64,000 nt of DNA, taken from Squalus acanthias (lineage: Eukaryota). The DNA is taken from positions 7,192,001 through 7,256,000 of the forward strand of contig CM059452.1 in assembly GCA_030390025.1 (NCBI GenBank), in the 5' to 3' direction. Below the pieces are notes generated by a model. It was not told the origin of the DNA. It saw only the letters and a list, made by a program, of their open reading frames with translations, and did not search any database. Shown piece by piece: positions 62,930 to 64,000 of the stretch (position 1 is its first letter; each line of letters begins with the position of its first letter). The position numbers and the translations under genes were made by a program.

Positions 62930-64000
62930 GGCCTGGTGTAAATTAAACAGAAACATTATCCAGTGCAGCAATAACTGAGACAGTGTCGAGTGTAATATAA
63001 ACAGAGACATGGCTTAGTGTAATATATACAGAGTCAGAGCCTAGTGTAATATAAACAGAGACACGGTCTAGTGTAAATAAAACAGAGACAGGGCCTAGTG
63101 TAATATAAACAGAGACAGGATCTGGTGTAATATAGACAGAGACAGGGTCTAGTGTTATATAAACAGGGACGAGCTCTAGTGTAATATAAACAGAGACAGG
63201 GTCTAGTGTAATATAAACAGAGACATGGGGTAGTGTAATATAAAAAGAGACAGGGTCTAGTGTAATATAAACAGAGACAGGGTCTAGTGTAATATAAACA
63301 GAGACAGGGCCTAGTGTAATATGAACAGAGACAGGGTCTAGTGTAAGATAAACAGAGACAGGGTCTAGTGTAATATAAACAGAGACAGGGACTAGTGTAA
63401 TATAAACAGAGACAGGGTCTAGTGTAATACAAACAGAGACAGGGTCTAGTGTAATATAAACGAGACAGGGTCTAGTGTAATATAAACAGAGAGAGGGTCT
63501 AGTGTGATATAAACTGAGACAGTGTCTAGTGTAATAATAACTGAGACAGGGTTTATTGAAATATAAACAGATACTGAGTCTAGTATTTTATAATAAGGAC
63601 AGGGTCTCGTGCAGTAATGACAGTGACAGGGCCTAGTGTAATATAAACAGAGACACGGTCTAGTGCAGTAATAACAGAGACAGAGTCTAGTATAATATAA
63701 ACAGAGACAGTGTCTAGTGTAATATACACAGAGACAGGGTCTAGTGTAATATTAACAGAGACAGGGTCTAGTGTAATATAAACAGAGACAGGGTCGAGTG
63801 TAATATAAACAGAGAGAGGGCCTAGTGTAATTTGAACAGAGATAGGGCGTAGTGTAATATAAATAGAGACATGGTCTAGTGTAATATTAACAGAGACAGG
63901 GTCTAGTGTGATATAAACTGAGACAGTGTCTAATGTAATAATAACTGAGACAGGGTTTATTGAAATATAAACAGATACTGAGTCTAGTATTTTATAATAA
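62930..64000 (+). repeat. 27-bp minisatellite running off the window end
   Basis: Gives a spurious YYTRPCLCL ORF repeat. Confidence 0.93.

Noticed and set aside
63034-63432. Cys-rich YYTRPCLCL protein (also 50.8-51.8 kb)
   Set aside because: Translation of the 27-bp minisatellite.

Overview
Vertebrate genomic DNA from a cartilaginous fish (shark-like), read by eye. 5.2-13.6 kb (+) holds a complete, apparently intact IgM heavy-chain constant region: Cmu1-4, secretory tailpiece, TM1/TM2 and two poly(A) regions. From about 9 kb downstream (22.6-61.6 kb) lies an array of 18 T-cell receptor alpha/delta-type V exons, 9 on each strand. About 7 look intact with leader and 23-type RSS; the rest are ORFs or pseudogenes, and there are also orphan leaders. 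The array has been reshaped by segmental duplications, inversions and leader/promoter swaps. It is dense in CTCF-like motifs, several just 3' of RSSs. Also present: CR1/L2-type LINE fragments, SINEs, several minisatellites (two of them derived from the same CR1 RT motif) and a 215-N gap. Headline: an intact IgM C locus sits next to TCR V segments. The inverted V segments have the geometry to join IgH D-J-Cmu by inversion. One V family has an intronless leader. No intact IgH V/D/J and no TCR J/C lie in the window.
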